Below are positions 43,050 through 53,335 of a DNA stretch of 64,000 nt, in pieces. A program made the position numbers and the translations under genes. The stretch is taken from the NCBI GenBank assembly GCA_963662625.1, contig OY759726.1, positions 128,001-192,000 on the forward strand, in the 5' to 3' direction. The notes beneath the pieces are model-generated. The model made no database searches. It had not been told where the DNA came from and worked only from the letters and a program-made list of their open reading frames with translations. Each line of letters starts with the position of its first letter. Position 1 is the stretch's first letter. This DNA is from Nitrosopumilus sp. GTDB lineage: Archaea; Thermoproteota; Nitrososphaeria; Nitrososphaerales; Nitrosopumilaceae.

Positions 43050-45271
43050 GTGCAGGACGGCTGCCCCAGGGGCCTGTGCGTTCCAGCCGGGCATTTCTCA
43101 CACCCTGTCACCTGGTTTGGGTTGTGGTAGTCCTGACTGCATTCCACGCACTTGTGGCCCACCCCGGTCTGGATATCGCTGCAGTTGAGGCTTTTGCAGG
43201 ACTTGTCCCCCAAATTGCGATACTCGTCCTGCGCGCAAGGAACGCAGGAAGTGCCGGACGGCCTGTGGTAGTTTTTGGCGCACTCCGAGCACCCGTTGTT
43301 TCTTGGTTCCTGGTGGCCCTCGCAGACGGTTTCCGTGCATCCCGCCTCGCCCGCGCCCCGGCTCTCTGTGGCCGGGCATTTCACGCAGGATATTCCGGAC
43401 GGCCTGTGGTAGTTTTCGGCGCACTCCGAGCAGGTGTGGTTTGTCGGGTATTCATTGCCACTGCATTGCGTGTCCTGACATCCGTCCTGGCTGTAATAAT
43501 ACCTGTATTGGTGGCCGGGGCACGCCTCGCAACCTCCGCTTACAGTCTTCCGAGCCGTCTGTCCGGAACAAAGTGAGCATGACGTCCCGTCGCCATACGT
43601 CCCCTTTCCGCATTCCACGCATTTGTTCCCAACCGGACGGTGGTTTTTTGCACAGCTGACCGGGTTGATTGAGTCCTTGGTGCACGTCCCGCCGACGTCG
43701 CTGTACCCGGACTTGCAGACGCACACGTGGCCGACCGCCCTCTCGTTCGTGCCGCATGAAAGCGCGGTACAGGCGGTCTGGGATCCCGTCCTTTCCTCGT
43801 CGGCCGCGCACTCCGTGCAGGACGCGGCCGTCCCGCCGGCACTGACGTGGTGGTCGGCGCACGCAACGCACGAGCTGCCAGAAACGTACTCGTTGGCGCC
43901 GCAGGTGGTGGAGCTGCACGCCGGCGACCCTGCCGACCTGCTCTCCCCCTGCGGGCACGCCTCGCAGGCGGTCTTTCCCGCCGGCCTGTGCTGGTCTGCC
44001 GGGCATTCCGTGCAGGACGTGGCGCCGGCCGACGTGCTGTACTCGTGCCCCCCGCACTCGGAGCAGACGTGGACGTCAACGTGGTGGCTCCCGGCCGTGC
44101 AGGTGAACGCGGCGCAGGACGCGGCCGGCGGGATCCTCCGCTCCCCCGACGGGCACGCGGTGCACGTGCCCACGTTCCCCCCCGGGCTGGTCTGGTTGTC
44201 TGGGCAGGCGACGCACTGCCCGAACGATATCCTCTCGTTCGCTTGGCAGTTGAGGGGGGCGGCGCAGGCGGCGGAACCCTGCGGCCTCGTCTCCCCGGTC
44301 GGGCACGGGGCGCACGCGTCCGTCTTCCCCCCCGCGCTCTCGTGGTCGGCGGGGCACTCGACGCAGGCGTTCCCGACGTACTTTTGCGCGGTGGAGCAGT
44401 CCAGGTCGGTGCATGCCGAATGCACGCCATCCAGCCTCTCCTGCCCGTCCGGGCACTGGACGCACGGCGCCGAGCCCCCCTGGCTGACGTGGTGGTCGGC
44501 GCAAGCCACGCACGAGTTCCCGGTCACCTTCTCGTTGGCGCCGCACGTGAACGCGGCGCAGGACGCGCCGGCGGCGCTCTTCTGGCCTGCCGGGCACGGG
44601 GCGCACGAGGCGTCCCCGGGCCCCCTTTCCGTGTTCGCCTGGCAGTTCGTGCACGCCGAGCCGCCTGGGAGCCTGTGCTGGTTGGCGGGGCACTCCACGC
44701 AGGCCGTCCCGGGGCGGTGCTCGTTGGAGGCGCACTTTGGGAGGCACGCCGGCGGGTTCCCGACCGGGTCGTGGGTGCCGGGGCACGACGTTATGCAGGC
44801 CGGGCCGGACGCCCCCTCCACCCTGACGATCTCTCCGGCCGGCGTGGAGAGGAGGAGCGTCTCCCCGCAGGCTATCCCGGAATACGATACCTTCCCGAAG
44901 GACTGGCTGGGGATCACGCCGGAGGCCCCCCCCACGTCTGACATGGACAGCCTGGACTGGTCCCCGGGGCGGACGTTCCCGGCCTGGTCGGCCACGTACA
45001 CCCCAAAGTCCGACTTTGCCAGGTCGGAGTCCCTGGAATAGTTGTGGAGGACGAACGTCCTCTGCCCGAACTCGGATATCGTGTTGGAGACCGCCATCAT
45101 CTCGCTCGCCCTCATGCGGGAGACCTCAGCCCTGTCCACTATCAGTTCCCCGACGTCCTCCCCCTGCTCCGAGTAGGTGGCGAAGAGGAACGAGCCGATC
45201 ACGGCCGACGCGGCTATTATAATCACGGCCGAGAGCACCTCGGAGACCCCCAGGACGCGCCCCCTGGTCAT
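43046..45271 (-). CDS. Archaeal pilin-like adhesin: class III signal peptide plus long Cys-rich (furin-like/GCC2-GCC3-type) repeat array
   Basis: RGRVLG/VSEVLSAVIIIAASAVIG followed by about 570 aa of CxxCPxxx repeats. Confidence 0.8.
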   Translation of the reverse strand: MTRGRVLGVSEVLSAVIIIAASAVIGSFLFATYSEQGEDVGELIVDRAEVSRMRASEMMAVSNTISEFGQRTFVLHNYSRDSDLAKSDFGVYVADQAGNVRPGDQSRLSMSDVGGASGVIPSQSFGKVSYSGIACGETLLLSTPAGEIVRVEGASGPACITSCPGTHDPVGNPPACLPKCASNEHRPGTACVECPANQHRLPGGSACTNCQANTERGPGDASCAPCPAGQKSAAGASCAAFTCGANEKVTGNSCVACADHHVSQGGSAPCVQCPDGQERLDGVHSACTDLDCSTAQKYVGNACVECPADHESAGGKTDACAPCPTGETRPQGSAACAAPLNCQANERISFGQCVACPDNQTSPGGNVGTCTACPSGERRIPPAASCAAFTCTAGSHHVDVHVCSECGGHEYSTSAGATSCTECPADQHRPAGKTACEACPQGESRSAGSPACSSTTCGANEYVSGSSCVACADHHVSAGGTAASCTECAADEERTGSQTACTALSCGTNERAVGHVCVCKSGYSDVGGTCTKDSINPVSCAKNHRPVGNKCVECGKGTYGDGTSCSLCSGQTARKTVSGGCEACPGHQYRYYYSQDGCQDTQCSGNEYPTNHTCSECAENYHRPSGISCVKCPATESRGAGEAGCTETVCEGHQEPRNNGCSECAKNYHRPSGTSCVPCAQDEYRNLGDKSCKSLNCSDIQTGVGHKCVECSQDYHNPNQVTGCEKCPAGTHRPLGQPSCT

Positions 45272-46014
45272 CGCTCCCTCACCATGGCCGGGCGCGCCGT
45301 CCCCGCCGAGTCGCCCTCGACCGTCACCGTCACGTACTCCCCGCCCCACGCCGGGGACGCCAGCGTCGCCATCCCGCGGTACGATATCGCCGACATGGTG
45401 TCAAGGTGCCGGATCATGGCCGGGGGGACCGGGTTCCCGTCGGGATCCGTGAGCCTGGAATTTGCGGTCTGGATCTGCAGGCCGCCCCCGACCACCAGGT
45501 TCCCAGGGGAATTCGTCCTCACCTCCATCTCCACGATGGCGGATCTGGCCCCGGGCCCGAACACCGTCACCTCCAGCCTCTCCACCTCGACGTAGTCCTG
45601 CTCGGCGGGGTCGATCTGGGACATGGCGATCTGGAAGAATGCCGCCCCGGCCGCGGCGGCGATCCCGATCAGGATCATTGTCCCCAGGATCGACGACACC
45701 GCCGCCACCCTGTCCCTCACCGGCCTCGTCAGCCTGACCCAGTTGCGGAATATCATCTTGAGCGCCGTCCTGTCGCCGTCCGCGCCGCGCATCTCGTAGA
45801 GCTCCATCAGGTACTCGCCGTCGGAGTTCTTGGACACCGTCCTCACCCGGAACACCATGTCCGTGCGGGTGTTGTGCGCCAGCATCCCCACCTCCGAGTC
45901 CCCGGCTCCGGAGATTATTCCGGCCATCTCCTTCTCCGGGAGAGTGACTATCCCGCAGACCCGCTGGAAGTTGGAGTACCGCTTGTTCTTCCTTTTCACC
46001 CAAAAAAGCAGCAT
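45268..46014 (-). CDS. Pilin-like protein with an internal class III signal
   Basis: RDRVAA/VSSILGTMILIGIAAAAG after about 100 aa. A GTG start at 45999 fits the TATA box at 46021-46027. Confidence 0.65.
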   Translation of the reverse strand: MLLFWVKRKNKRYSNFQRVCGIVTLPEKEMAGIISGAGDSEVGMLAHNTRTDMVFRVRTVSKNSDGEYLMELYEMRGADGDRTALKMIFRNWVRLTRPVRDRVAAVSSILGTMILIGIAAAAGAAFFQIAMSQIDPAEQDYVEVERLEVTVFGPGARSAIVEMEVRTNSPGNLVVGGGLQIQTANSRLTDPDGNPVPPAMIRHLDTMSAISYRGMATLASPAWGGEYVTVTVEGDSAGTARPAMVRER

Positions 46015-46035
46015 CCAGCGATATAAGGGGGGGAG

Positions 46036-49000
46036 TCACGACTCCTTGGCCCTCCTCTCGATCTCCTCGAGTATGGCGGGGTGGTGCACCTTCTGGGTGT
46101 CGTCGCAGAACATGGCCGACAGCGCCTCGATGGTGAAGTTCTTCACGTCAAAGTCGTCCATGGCGACCATCCTCCCCCTGGAACCGTGCACGTCCCCCAC
46201 CCCGTACTCCGGGGCCTTCTCGTCCCCCACGTCGTATGGATCCTCCCGGCCGGCGGCCGCGCCGGGCGGGCCTGGACGCCCTCCCCCGGCCCGGGGTTCC
46301 GGCGCGTCCCCCGCCGGGGCGGCCTTCCAGCCCGGCGCCGCCGGCGGTTCCCGCCGTCCGGCGGATCCGGGGTCCCCAGCTTCCTGATCCCCCCGGCCTT
46401 CCCCGCCGGGGGCCGGCGGGGCCGGGTCAGCCAGCAGGGCCCCGGAATCCGGGGTGTCGTCCGCGGCCCCCGGCGGCCTGGGTTTCCCGCCCCGGGGGCC
46501 ATCCCGCCGGCGGCCCCTCCTGGCCACCCCTCCCATGTGGCCCGACGCCGCGCCGCCGGCCGGCTCGAGGGGCGTGGCCAGCGCCCCCTGGCCCCCGCCG
46601 GCCATGTCCTCGCCCTCCCACGGGTCGTCCGGGACCTCCACGGAGGGGAGCAGGTCGCCGTCGCAGAACCTGCAGGGGCCCCGCTCCCCGTCCCAGCCGT
46701 GGACGTGCATCTCCCTGCCGGCCAGGCGCACGGCGTCGGCCGCAGCGAGGTCCCCCTCGGCGTGCTGCCACCTCGGGGCCTCCCACGAGTCCACCTGCTC
46801 GCCGTCGCCGTCGCAGGCGTGGCAGGGGTCGGCAAAGTCCTCGGGGTGCGAGTGCAGCCTGTTCATCACCTCCTCCTCGATGTCCATGGCGACCTTCCCC
46901 ACGTCCAAGTTCCTCCTGGCCTCCTCCCTCTCCCTGCGGGCGGCCTCGGTGTTGTTTGGATCGTACATCGCCTCCAGGTCCGTGGGCTGCACCGTCTCCC
47001 CGATGTCCCGCTCCTCCCCCTCCCACACAGGCTCCAGCACCTTGACCTTCTTGGTCGTGCGGTGCTCCCCGGTTCCGTCGGTCCTGGTGACCCGCTCCTG
47101 GGTGATCCTGTACACCACCCTGACCAGGCCGTAGGAATGGAGCCGCCGGACGGCCTGCTTCACCTCGGACAGCGGCGGCCCGCCGACCCTGGAGGCGATC
47201 ATCTTCCAGTCGCAGACCCCTATGTTGAACCGCCGGATCCCGTCGAGGATCCTGTAGTCTAGCTCCGGCAGCCTGATCACCTTCCCCCTGCGGCGCACCT
47301 TCACGTCCGGGCCGACGTGGTCCGTCCCGGTGGTGCCGACGAACGCCCCGCCGGCCCTCTTCCTGGCAAGCTCGTTCTGCACCCTCATCGACTCGCGGGA
47401 GACGTGGGTGCTCGGCTCCCTCCTGGTGGCCATCTCGTCCTCCGTGACCCCCACGACCTCCAGCATGTCCTTGACCCTCACCCCGGAGAATGACTCGTCG
47501 TAGGTGTCTGGGATCCCGTCCTCCCCCCGCGCCGTCCTGGAATAGTTTATCACGTCCATCCTGCAGCGCTCGAACCCGGGGTACTCCTTCCGTATGGCCT
47601 CCTCGAGCGCCTCCCTCCCCTCCGCGGAGAAGCAGACGAACCAGACGTCGTACCCCCTCTCCACGTTCTTGGAGTAGTTCCGCACCGAGTGCTCCATGTG
47701 CTTGGTGGGGTCGGTCTCGACCTCGACCGCGAGCCTGCCCTTCTCGTTCCACCTGTGCGGGTCGAACCTGAGGTTGTCGAACTTGTCGGTGACCGTCTCG
47801 GGCTCGATGACCAGGAGGTCGGGCATCTCCCTGGACGAGTCCCCGGTGTCCGGGATGCAGTACCTGTGCTTGCGCATGTTGGCCTCGGCGATGGAGAAGA
47901 CTATCTCCATGTGGTCCTCGCCCCCGGCCCTCCTGCCACCGTACGCCTTGGATAGGTACGTGGACTCGGCCTTCTGCCCCAGCACGTACCTCTTGCGGTC
48001 CTCGTTCTGGTCGCCGTCGTCGGCCATGGGGTACCTTATGGTGACGAACCTGTCCCGGGTCAGCTTGTCGATCGCCGCGGAGACGTGCTTCTGCAGCACC
48101 CCCGGGAAGACGATCCCGGCCCTGTGCAGTATCTCCTCGCGGTACCAGTCCCGCCGGTCAAAGTGCATCATGTGGATTATGCACGCCTCGAGGGGGGTGA
48201 ACATCAGCCTGCCCAGGCCCGCCCTCGGGATGTACTTTTCCACGTTGACCTCCTTGCCCCACCTCTCGGCCGACCTCGCGGCGACCTTCTTCCAGTCCCA
48301 GGTCTGGCTTCCTGGGAACGGCACGGGCCTGGAGCGGAGTATGGCGTTGGCCGCCGCGCCCCCCTCGTCGCTGAACATGGCGAAGAGGTGCTTGGGGAGC
48401 CTCTGCATCTCCTCGGCGGAGACGGACATGACGGCCCTCAGCAGGTTGGCGGTGTTGAAGTCGCACCTGCTGGTCACTATGGTCTTGCACGTCCCCGGTA
48501 TCTCCTGGGCGAACTCCTGCTCGTAGGCGTTGGAGGTCTGCGTGGCCAGCGTCATCTTCACGCCGAACTTGCGGAGGGCCCTGAGCATCTCGGACATCGT
48601 GGAGTTGCTGAACATGTGCGCCTCGTCGACGTAGACGTAGAAGGGGTTGTCGTCCTCGGACTCCGTCCCCTTGACGTCCAGCCTCTTCTTGGCGTCCACG
48701 TACAGCATGTTGAGGAATATGCTGCCCAGGAACTTGGCGATGTCGTCGGACGCCCCCGTGGAGAGGTCCACCACCAGCATCTTCCTCTCGTGCATGACGT
48801 CGTGGATGGATATGCTGGACTTCGTGGTGTCGAAGATCGCCGCCACCGTCGGGGTGGACAGTATCTTGTCTATCTTGTTGTACGCCGACGATCCGGCGTC
48901 CTTGGAGTACTGCTTGGCGAATATCTCGGTCCAGAAGTGCTTTACGTTGGGGGAGGAGACGTTCTCGAGTATCTCGTTGCGGGCGTGCTCGTCGGTGATC

Positions 49001-49593
49001 ATCGCCGAGATGTTGCCCAGCGTGTTGTTGCCCTCGGACTCCACCAGGGCGTTGGCGGCGTTCCTCAGCACCGTCTCCAGCCTGGGGCCCCACGACTCCG
49101 AGTACAGGTTGAACAGCGCCGAGACGAAGCTCATCACCACCACGTACCTCTCGTCCTCGTTGGCCACCTCCAGCGGGTTGACCTGTATCGTCCTGCCGTA
49201 CCGGTACAGCGACGCCGGGTTGACGTATATCACGTCGTCCCACCTGTCCGGCGGGACCATGCTCATAACGTCGCGCGCCAGCGAGCCGTGCGGGTCCAGC
49301 ACCATGAAGCCGTTGCCGCGCGATATGTTCTGGTAGATCAGCAGCTTCAGCAGCGACGACTTTCCGTAGCCGGGGGATCCGAAGATGGCCATGTGGACGC
49401 GCTCGCCCGCCGAGATGCCGTACGCCTTGTTGGCGTCGGCCTTCACGGCGGCCTGGGAGGGATCCCCGTACTTGAAGCCGATGTAGTCGACGTCCCCATT
49501 CCGCTCCCCCCCGGCTGCCCTCCTGGCCTTGGGAGGGGGCTTCCTGCTCCCGGCGATCCTCCCCAGGATCCGGGAGACCCTGCCGCCGCCCAT
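46036..49593 (-). CDS. VirD4/TraD-like (or VirB4/HerA-FtsK-like) conjugative ATPase with C-terminal extension
   Basis: HMAIFGSPGYGKS, VLDPHG, WGPRLE.VLRNA, YVDEAH, LRKFG..TLATQ; later MPDLLV...LAVEVE. Confidence 0.82.
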   Translation of the reverse strand: MGGGRVSRILGRIAGSRKPPPKARRAAGGERNGDVDYIGFKYGDPSQAAVKADANKAYGISAGERVHMAIFGSPGYGKSSLLKLLIYQNISRGNGFMVLDPHGSLARDVMSMVPPDRWDDVIYVNPASLYRYGRTIQVNPLEVANEDERYVVVMSFVSALFNLYSESWGPRLETVLRNAANALVESEGNNTLGNISAMITDEHARNEILENVSSPNVKHFWTEIFAKQYSKDAGSSAYNKIDKILSTPTVAAIFDTTKSSISIHDVMHERKMLVVDLSTGASDDIAKFLGSIFLNMLYVDAKKRLDVKGTESEDDNPFYVYVDEAHMFSNSTMSEMLRALRKFGVKMTLATQTSNAYEQEFAQEIPGTCKTIVTSRCDFNTANLLRAVMSVSAEEMQRLPKHLFAMFSDEGGAAANAILRSRPVPFPGSQTWDWKKVAARSAERWGKEVNVEKYIPRAGLGRLMFTPLEACIIHMMHFDRRDWYREEILHRAGIVFPGVLQKHVSAAIDKLTRDRFVTIRYPMADDGDQNEDRKRYVLGQKAESTYLSKAYGGRRAGGEDHMEIVFSIAEANMRKHRYCIPDTGDSSREMPDLLVIEPETVTDKFDNLRFDPHRWNEKGRLAVEVETDPTKHMEHSVRNYSKNVERGYDVWFVCFSAEGREALEEAIRKEYPGFERCRMDVINYSRTARGEDGIPDTYDESFSGVRVKDMLEVVGVTEDEMATRREPSTHVSRESMRVQNELARKRAGGAFVGTTGTDHVGPDVKVRRRGKVIRLPELDYRILDGIRRFNIGVCDWKMIASRVGGPPLSEVKQAVRRLHSYGLVRVVYRITQERVTRTDGTGEHRTTKKVKVLEPVWEGEERDIGETVQPTDLEAMYDPNNTEAARREREEARRNLDVGKVAMDIEEEVMNRLHSHPEDFADPCHACDGDGEQVDSWEAPRWQHAEGDLAAADAVRLAGREMHVHGWDGERGPCRFCDGDLLPSVEVPDDPWEGEDMAGGGQGALATPLEPAGGAASGHMGGVARRGRRRDGPRGGKPRPPGAADDTPDSGALLADPAPPAPGGEGRGDQEAGDPGSAGRREPPAAPGWKAAPAGDAPEPRAGGGRPGPPGAAAGREDPYDVGDEKAPEYGVGDVHGSRGRMVAMDDFDVKNFTIEALSAMFCDDTQKVHHPAILEEIERRAKES

Positions 49594-49595
49594 GC

Positions 49596-51452
49596 CTACC
49601 CGAACCCGAACCCGGCCACCAGCGCCGGGGTAACGTGGATGGCCAGGATGGTGGTGAGGCTGACTATGGCGACTGGCAGCGTGTTCTTGACCGTGAAGTT
49701 GGCTATCTTGCTGGCGACCACCCCCATCGGGACGCAGGTCGTCACCGACATTATGGCGATGGTGTGCACCAGGGAGGGGTCTATCCCCGAGAACGAGCCG
49801 AACATCCCGGCGTTGCTCTCCGGCTCCATGTCGGCGAACATCCCGACCATGATGTGGGAGACGCCCAGCATGATGAAGGGCGCCGCGAAGACCAGCAGCG
49901 TCAGCGATGACAGCCCCTTGCGGATCTGTGACTTTTTCTGGTTGATCTTGGTGATGAACTCGGTGATGGAGTTGAAGATGTCCGTGCTCCCCCCGCCGGT
50001 GACGTACGTCCGCGCCAGCAGGAAGAATATGAACCTGACGTGGGTCGACTTTGCCCGCACGTCCATGGCGGCCTGGTCGAAGGACTCCCCCACCCGCACG
50101 TCCAGGGCCATGTCCTCCAGCAGGCGGTTGAAGTGGCCGTTGTAGCTCCGCCTCCCGGCCTGCCGCTGTATTATCTGGCTGACGTTCTGCCCGGTCTTGG
50201 AGATCTCCGTGACGTCGCGCATGAACTCCGGGGCGGCCGACTCTATCGCGCCGTCGCCCCTGACCTGCGACTTCACCGTGGCGTAGTTGGCGATCGCCCC
50301 GACGAAGCACGCCAGGGCCAGCGACGTCGCCGGGTCGGCGCCGGCGGCCAGCGAGAATATGCCGACGGCGGCGCCGGCCACGAAGGTGAAATAGGCGACG
50401 GGGAGCCTGCTCCCGGTGGCCGGCTGGCTGGAGTTGAGCATTATTATCATGAGGACCGAGACCACCGGGGAGATCATGATCCCGAGGAGGAGGAGGAGCG
50501 AGGCCGACGCCGACGTGCCTATGATGGAGTTGAACGCCATCATCATCGGTATTATTATGGAGATCATGAATATGGCCGAGAATATTTCCTGGGCGCTCTT
50601 CTCGTAGCGCTCCCACGACCCGAGGTACTCGTCGAAGAAGTAGTTGGCCTTGGACTCGGTGTATGCCGGGACGTTCCCGACGCTGGTTATCTTGGCGATG
50701 TAGCCGTTGATAAAGTCCCCGAACGGCTTGGACGGGTGGCTCTTCCCGTACTTTTCCAGGGAGTCGTTCTGGGTGTTGCCGAGCATCTCGACGCTCTTCA
50801 CCACCTCCCTGGCGTCCTTCTCCATGGCGGGGAACACGTTCCACCCCCGGATCTGCCGGAACGCCGAGTAGAGCCCGTGGCCGACGGTCTGCATGATGTT
50901 GACGTAGCAGAGGAAGTACGCCATCTCCTCCTCTATCCTGACCTTCCTCTCGGCGATCGAGAGCTTCATGTGCATCCAGGGGTGCACGAACAGCACCGCC
51001 GGCAGCCCCGCCAGCGCCACGAGCGCCAGCATGTCGAGGTGTACCGCCAGCCCCACCCCCGCGGCGGCGGCCGGGGCCGCGGTGAGCGCGAACCTGGTCG
51101 ACGACGTGGCCATCTTCTCCGGGTCGTGGGGGGTGCCGCTCGCCGGCACCATGCCGGTGATGACCTTCTCGTTCCAGAGGCGCAGCCTCCTGACCGCCCC
51201 GACTTTCCCCTCGATCGAGATGAAGATCCTGCTGAACGGGGACGCCGTCACCTCCTTGGCGGTCACCGTGCGGTCGCGGCTCTTGTACCTCTTCTGCGGC
51301 TTCGGGACGAAGAGGCACAGCATCGCGCCGGCCGAGAAGAATATCGAGAGGAAGACGTAGTCCAGCGTCCCCGGGGAGAACGCCAACACGGCGAGCAGCA
51401 TCCCGCAGAACCCGGCCGCCGCCGCGATCCTCTGCTCACCCAAGGGCGGCAC
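49596..51452 (-). CDS. TadC/ArlJ-like (T2SS F) pilus platform membrane protein
   Basis: Two T2SSF-like repeats (IEEEMAYFL..; IESAAPEFMRDV..) with multiple TM segments. Confidence 0.8.
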   Translation of the reverse strand: MPPLGEQRIAAAAGFCGMLLAVLAFSPGTLDYVFLSIFFSAGAMLCLFVPKPQKRYKSRDRTVTAKEVTASPFSRIFISIEGKVGAVRRLRLWNEKVITGMVPASGTPHDPEKMATSSTRFALTAAPAAAAGVGLAVHLDMLALVALAGLPAVLFVHPWMHMKLSIAERKVRIEEEMAYFLCYVNIMQTVGHGLYSAFRQIRGWNVFPAMEKDAREVVKSVEMLGNTQNDSLEKYGKSHPSKPFGDFINGYIAKITSVGNVPAYTESKANYFFDEYLGSWERYEKSAQEIFSAIFMISIIIPMMMAFNSIIGTSASASLLLLLGIMISPVVSVLMIIMLNSSQPATGSRLPVAYFTFVAGAAVGIFSLAAGADPATSLALACFVGAIANYATVKSQVRGDGAIESAAPEFMRDVTEISKTGQNVSQIIQRQAGRRSYNGHFNRLLEDMALDVRVGESFDQAAMDVRAKSTHVRFIFFLLARTYVTGGGSTDIFNSITEFITKINQKKSQIRKGLSSLTLLVFAAPFIMLGVSHIMVGMFADMEPESNAGMFGSFSGIDPSLVHTIAIMSVTTCVPMGVVASKIANFTVKNTLPVAIVSLTTILAIHVTPALVAGFGFG

Positions 51453-53328
51453 CTGCCAGCTTCAGCGGCACGTACAGGGCGGCGTACCCGGCCGCGCGGG
51501 CCAGTGGGTCGCGCTCCAGGATCTCCACCGCGGCCGGGGAGGCGGCATAGTACGCCGCGTGCGCCGCGTGCAGCAGCCACCAGTGCCCGCCGTCCACCAT
51601 GGACTGGCGGATCTCCCTGAGCTCCTGCGCCCCCCGCGCCAGTTCCGTCCCCCGGACGAGGTACGCTATGGCGCATCCCTCGGTCCTGATCTCCCCGGCC
51701 GACTCGGCCACCCCCTCCGCCGCGCCGGTGATCGAGTCCGACGCGCCAGTGACGGCGCCAGTGACGGCGCCCGCCGCCTCCATGGCGGCGCCAGGGAGCG
51801 CCGAGGCCGCCTCCACGGCGGCGTCCTTCACCGCGTCGGCCGCCTCCGCGGCGGCGGTGATCCCGGGGCAGCGGCCCCACCCGAACCCGGTGGTCGCGCA
51901 GCCGAGGGGGTCTGGATCGGCCAGGCCGGCGTCCATCATCCTCAGGTTCACCGGGACCAGGTCGAACGAGCAGTACACCGCCGCGTACGAGTTGGAGTCC
52001 AGCGGCTTCCCGCCCTCCCTGGTGTCCCCCGCCAGCGCGGAGTCCGCGTCCACCACGGCGGTGGATCCTGCCGGGCATGAGGATTCCAGCATCTCCCTGG
52101 CGGCGTCGCGGTAGGATGGGTTGGCCACCGTCAGCGTCACGAGGGCGCCGCCTATCCTTAGGGTGTCGTGGTCGATCACCCCGTCGACGACCCCGGCGTT
52201 GCACCAGCCCCCGCCTCCCTGCGGGAGGCAGGCTGTCCCGTGCCGGTATATGACGATCCGCTTCTCGGCCGACTCGCCGTCCCGCGTCTCCGCCCTCAGG
52301 AGGTACCTGCCAGGCTCCCACCCGGGCTGGGTGACCTCCCTGTACCCCGCCGTCCCGCCGACGACGGGGATCTCGGCGGCCGAGAGCGCCGCCCCGTCCG
52401 GGCCGTACAGCGTGAGCATGACGTGCCTGGAGCGGGCGTCGCCGACGACGGCGTCCACCGAGATCGTGTCCCCGGCGTTGTGCCACCTCACCCCGCCCTC
52501 GAGCGCCAGCGGGGGAGGCGGGGGGCGCGGATCCTCCTGGGTGGCTGGCTCCCTGACGGCCTCCGCGGGCCCCCCGGGCGCCCCCCGCACCGTTATGCTG
52601 CCGTCCATCCAGGGGTGGAAGACGCAGGCGTACCCGATCCCGACGGGTTCGGGGAACGCCGTGACCAGCGTGGCCCCCGGCGGCAGCACCCCGGTCTCGA
52701 AGATGTCGTCGCCCGGCTCCACGTCTCTCAGCGTCCCTCCGGTCCCCTGGGAGTGCGCCCTGATCAGGTGCGGGGTCTCGCTCGAGTTCACCCACTCCAC
52801 GGTGCCGCCGGCCGGTATCGCGGCCGAACCCCCAGCGTAGCACTCCCCGGACGGCGGGCACCCCGGCTCCCCGTTGGCGATGATCTCCACCACGTGGTCA
52901 GCGCGGAACCCCTCCAGCAGCGCGGTGAACGAGCCCGAACCCAGCGGCGAGTGGCCCCCGCCGCCCGGCGGGGAGTATGACGCCGACACCGAGTACGTCC
53001 CCTCGGCGTCCCGCGAGCCAGTCACCTTCAGGAAGCCGTGGAAGGAGCCGTCGCCGGCGGCGGTGAACCTGTGCTCCGAGGAGGTCCCGTCCGGCGCGGT
53101 GACCGACGCCGTGACCTCGCCCCCCCCGCGGCCCGTCCCCCCGTGGATGGGGACGCTGTAGTCCCTCCCCTTCTCCATCCACACCGTCCCGGACGGGAGC
53201 ACCACCCCGGCGAAGTCCGGCTCGGGCCTGTTGATGTACCTGCAGTCGTGCACGCTGTCGCACGACGCCAGCGCGGGCGCCGCCATCGCGGCCGGGAGGA
53301 GCGCCGCCGCGGCGAGCAGCGCCGCCAT
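51436..53328 (-). CDS. Secreted protein: cupredoxin-like domain, SNase-like domain and CFI-box-CTERM
   Basis: VEWVN...H...YACVFHPWMDGSITV; VIDHDTL; GCAIA...GTELA..Q.LREIR...YYAASP. Confidence 0.8.
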   Translation of the reverse strand: MAALLAAAALLPAAMAAPALASCDSVHDCRYINRPEPDFAGVVLPSGTVWMEKGRDYSVPIHGGTGRGGGEVTASVTAPDGTSSEHRFTAAGDGSFHGFLKVTGSRDAEGTYSVSASYSPPGGGGHSPLGSGSFTALLEGFRADHVVEIIANGEPGCPPSGECYAGGSAAIPAGGTVEWVNSSETPHLIRAHSQGTGGTLRDVEPGDDIFETGVLPPGATLVTAFPEPVGIGYACVFHPWMDGSITVRGAPGGPAEAVREPATQEDPRPPPPPLALEGGVRWHNAGDTISVDAVVGDARSRHVMLTLYGPDGAALSAAEIPVVGGTAGYREVTQPGWEPGRYLLRAETRDGESAEKRIVIYRHGTACLPQGGGGWCNAGVVDGVIDHDTLRIGGALVTLTVANPSYRDAAREMLESSCPAGSTAVVDADSALAGDTREGGKPLDSNSYAAVYCSFDLVPVNLRMMDAGLADPDPLGCATTGFGWGRCPGITAAAEAADAVKDAAVEAASALPGAAMEAAGAVTGAVTGASDSITGAAEGVAESAGEIRTEGCAIAYLVRGTELARGAQELREIRQSMVDGGHWWLLHAAHAAYYAASPAAVEILERDPLARAAGYAALYVPLKLAGAALG

Positions 53329-53335
53329 GGGCGCC

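Noticed and set aside
46036-51318. 1760-aa ORF as one protein (likewise the full-length 38848..41826, 35369..38233, 53336..57010 and 57007..58428 ORFs)
   Set aside because: Their N-terminal extensions are Arg/Gly/Pro-rich shadow frames overlapping better genes; starts were trimmed.
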